NCBI GenBank assembly: GCA_032718475.1
Contig: JAUCBJ010003409.1
Coordinates: 1 to 55,680, forward strand
Reading direction: 5' to 3'
DNA from: Nemertoderma westbladi
Lineage: Eukaryota > Animalia > Xenacoelomorpha
DNA length: 55,680 nucleotides
Shown here one piece after another: positions 55,056-55,680 of the stretch. The notes beneath the pieces are model-generated. The model saw only the letters and a list, made by a program, of their open reading frames with translations. It ran no database searches and was not told the DNA's origin. The translations under genes and the position numbers were made by a program. The number at the start of each line of letters is the position of its first letter. Positions within the stretch are counted from its first letter, which is position 1.

Positions 55056-55680
55056 CACCTTCAACTTCATCAATAAATCAACTTCATAGCAAACATACTT
55101 CAGACCAACAAAACGAGACCCGACCAACGTCGTTCCCAAAAACCGTTATCAGCCTACCCAAATACCATCTTAAAGGCAACCCTAAAAATGTTTGCCTCAC
55201 ATAGGTTCTGTTATTTACTTATTCACTTTATTTGTGACATTTTCAATATAAATTATTGATTTATGTGGAAAGTCTGGATCTGCAACAGAATCAGGCAAAC
55301 TATTTCGGATTATTGGAATTTAATTGGCAAACTATACTAGTTTAATGGCAATGGTGTCGTATGGGAGAGTCACCTCAGTGGGTCTCGATTGGGCTCCTTT
55401 TGTTTATTATAGCTAGAAGTGTGTCAGTCACACAATACTATATCAATAACCTCATTATTTACTTTATGTCTGGGATTTAAATATCGATTTAACGATACCC
55501 ATAGTTTCCAGGAGACACGGGGGGGGGGGGGGGGTGGGGGGCAGGGCGCAAATCCCATCTTGACGAATTAATATCCCCTTAATGTTGAATTCTACGTTTA
55601 AGGAAAGGAGCAGGTTACAGTGTTGGTTATTCAACCAAACCAATAAAATAAACACAATAGAACAGGTTACAGTTTAATTT

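Overview
AT-rich animal (invertebrate-like) genomic DNA with spliceosomal genes, not prokaryotic. Two intron-containing genes lie on the minus strand. One is the 3' half of a Meis/homothorax TALE homeobox gene (exons 7525-7778, 6984-7060, 1323-1381, 12-89). The other is most of a tau-tubulin kinase (TTBK, CK1 family) gene (exons 48922-49136, 47529-47633, 36058-36216, 26552-26677, 26161-26315, 20757-20933, possibly 13947-14103), and the six main exons join in frame at GT-AG sites. An intronless, divergent RING1/RNF2-like (RING + RAWUL) ORF sits inside a Meis intron. About half the window is tandem repeat. The main observation is that two TTBK introns carry satellites that are amplified copies of the exon 3' end plus its own 5' splice site (~140 x 29/31 bp and ~190 x 42/46 bp). 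In the larger case a 5'-truncated RTE-like LINE is inserted at the donor, between the real exon and the array. Three other arrays are built from alternating inverted half-units. Other mobile DNA includes a 5.4-kb foldback element with a nested Mutator-like element, MITEs, DINE/Helentron-like dispersed repeats and a piggyBac fragment. Family assignments come from motif recognition by eye, and copy numbers are estimates from span divided by unit length.
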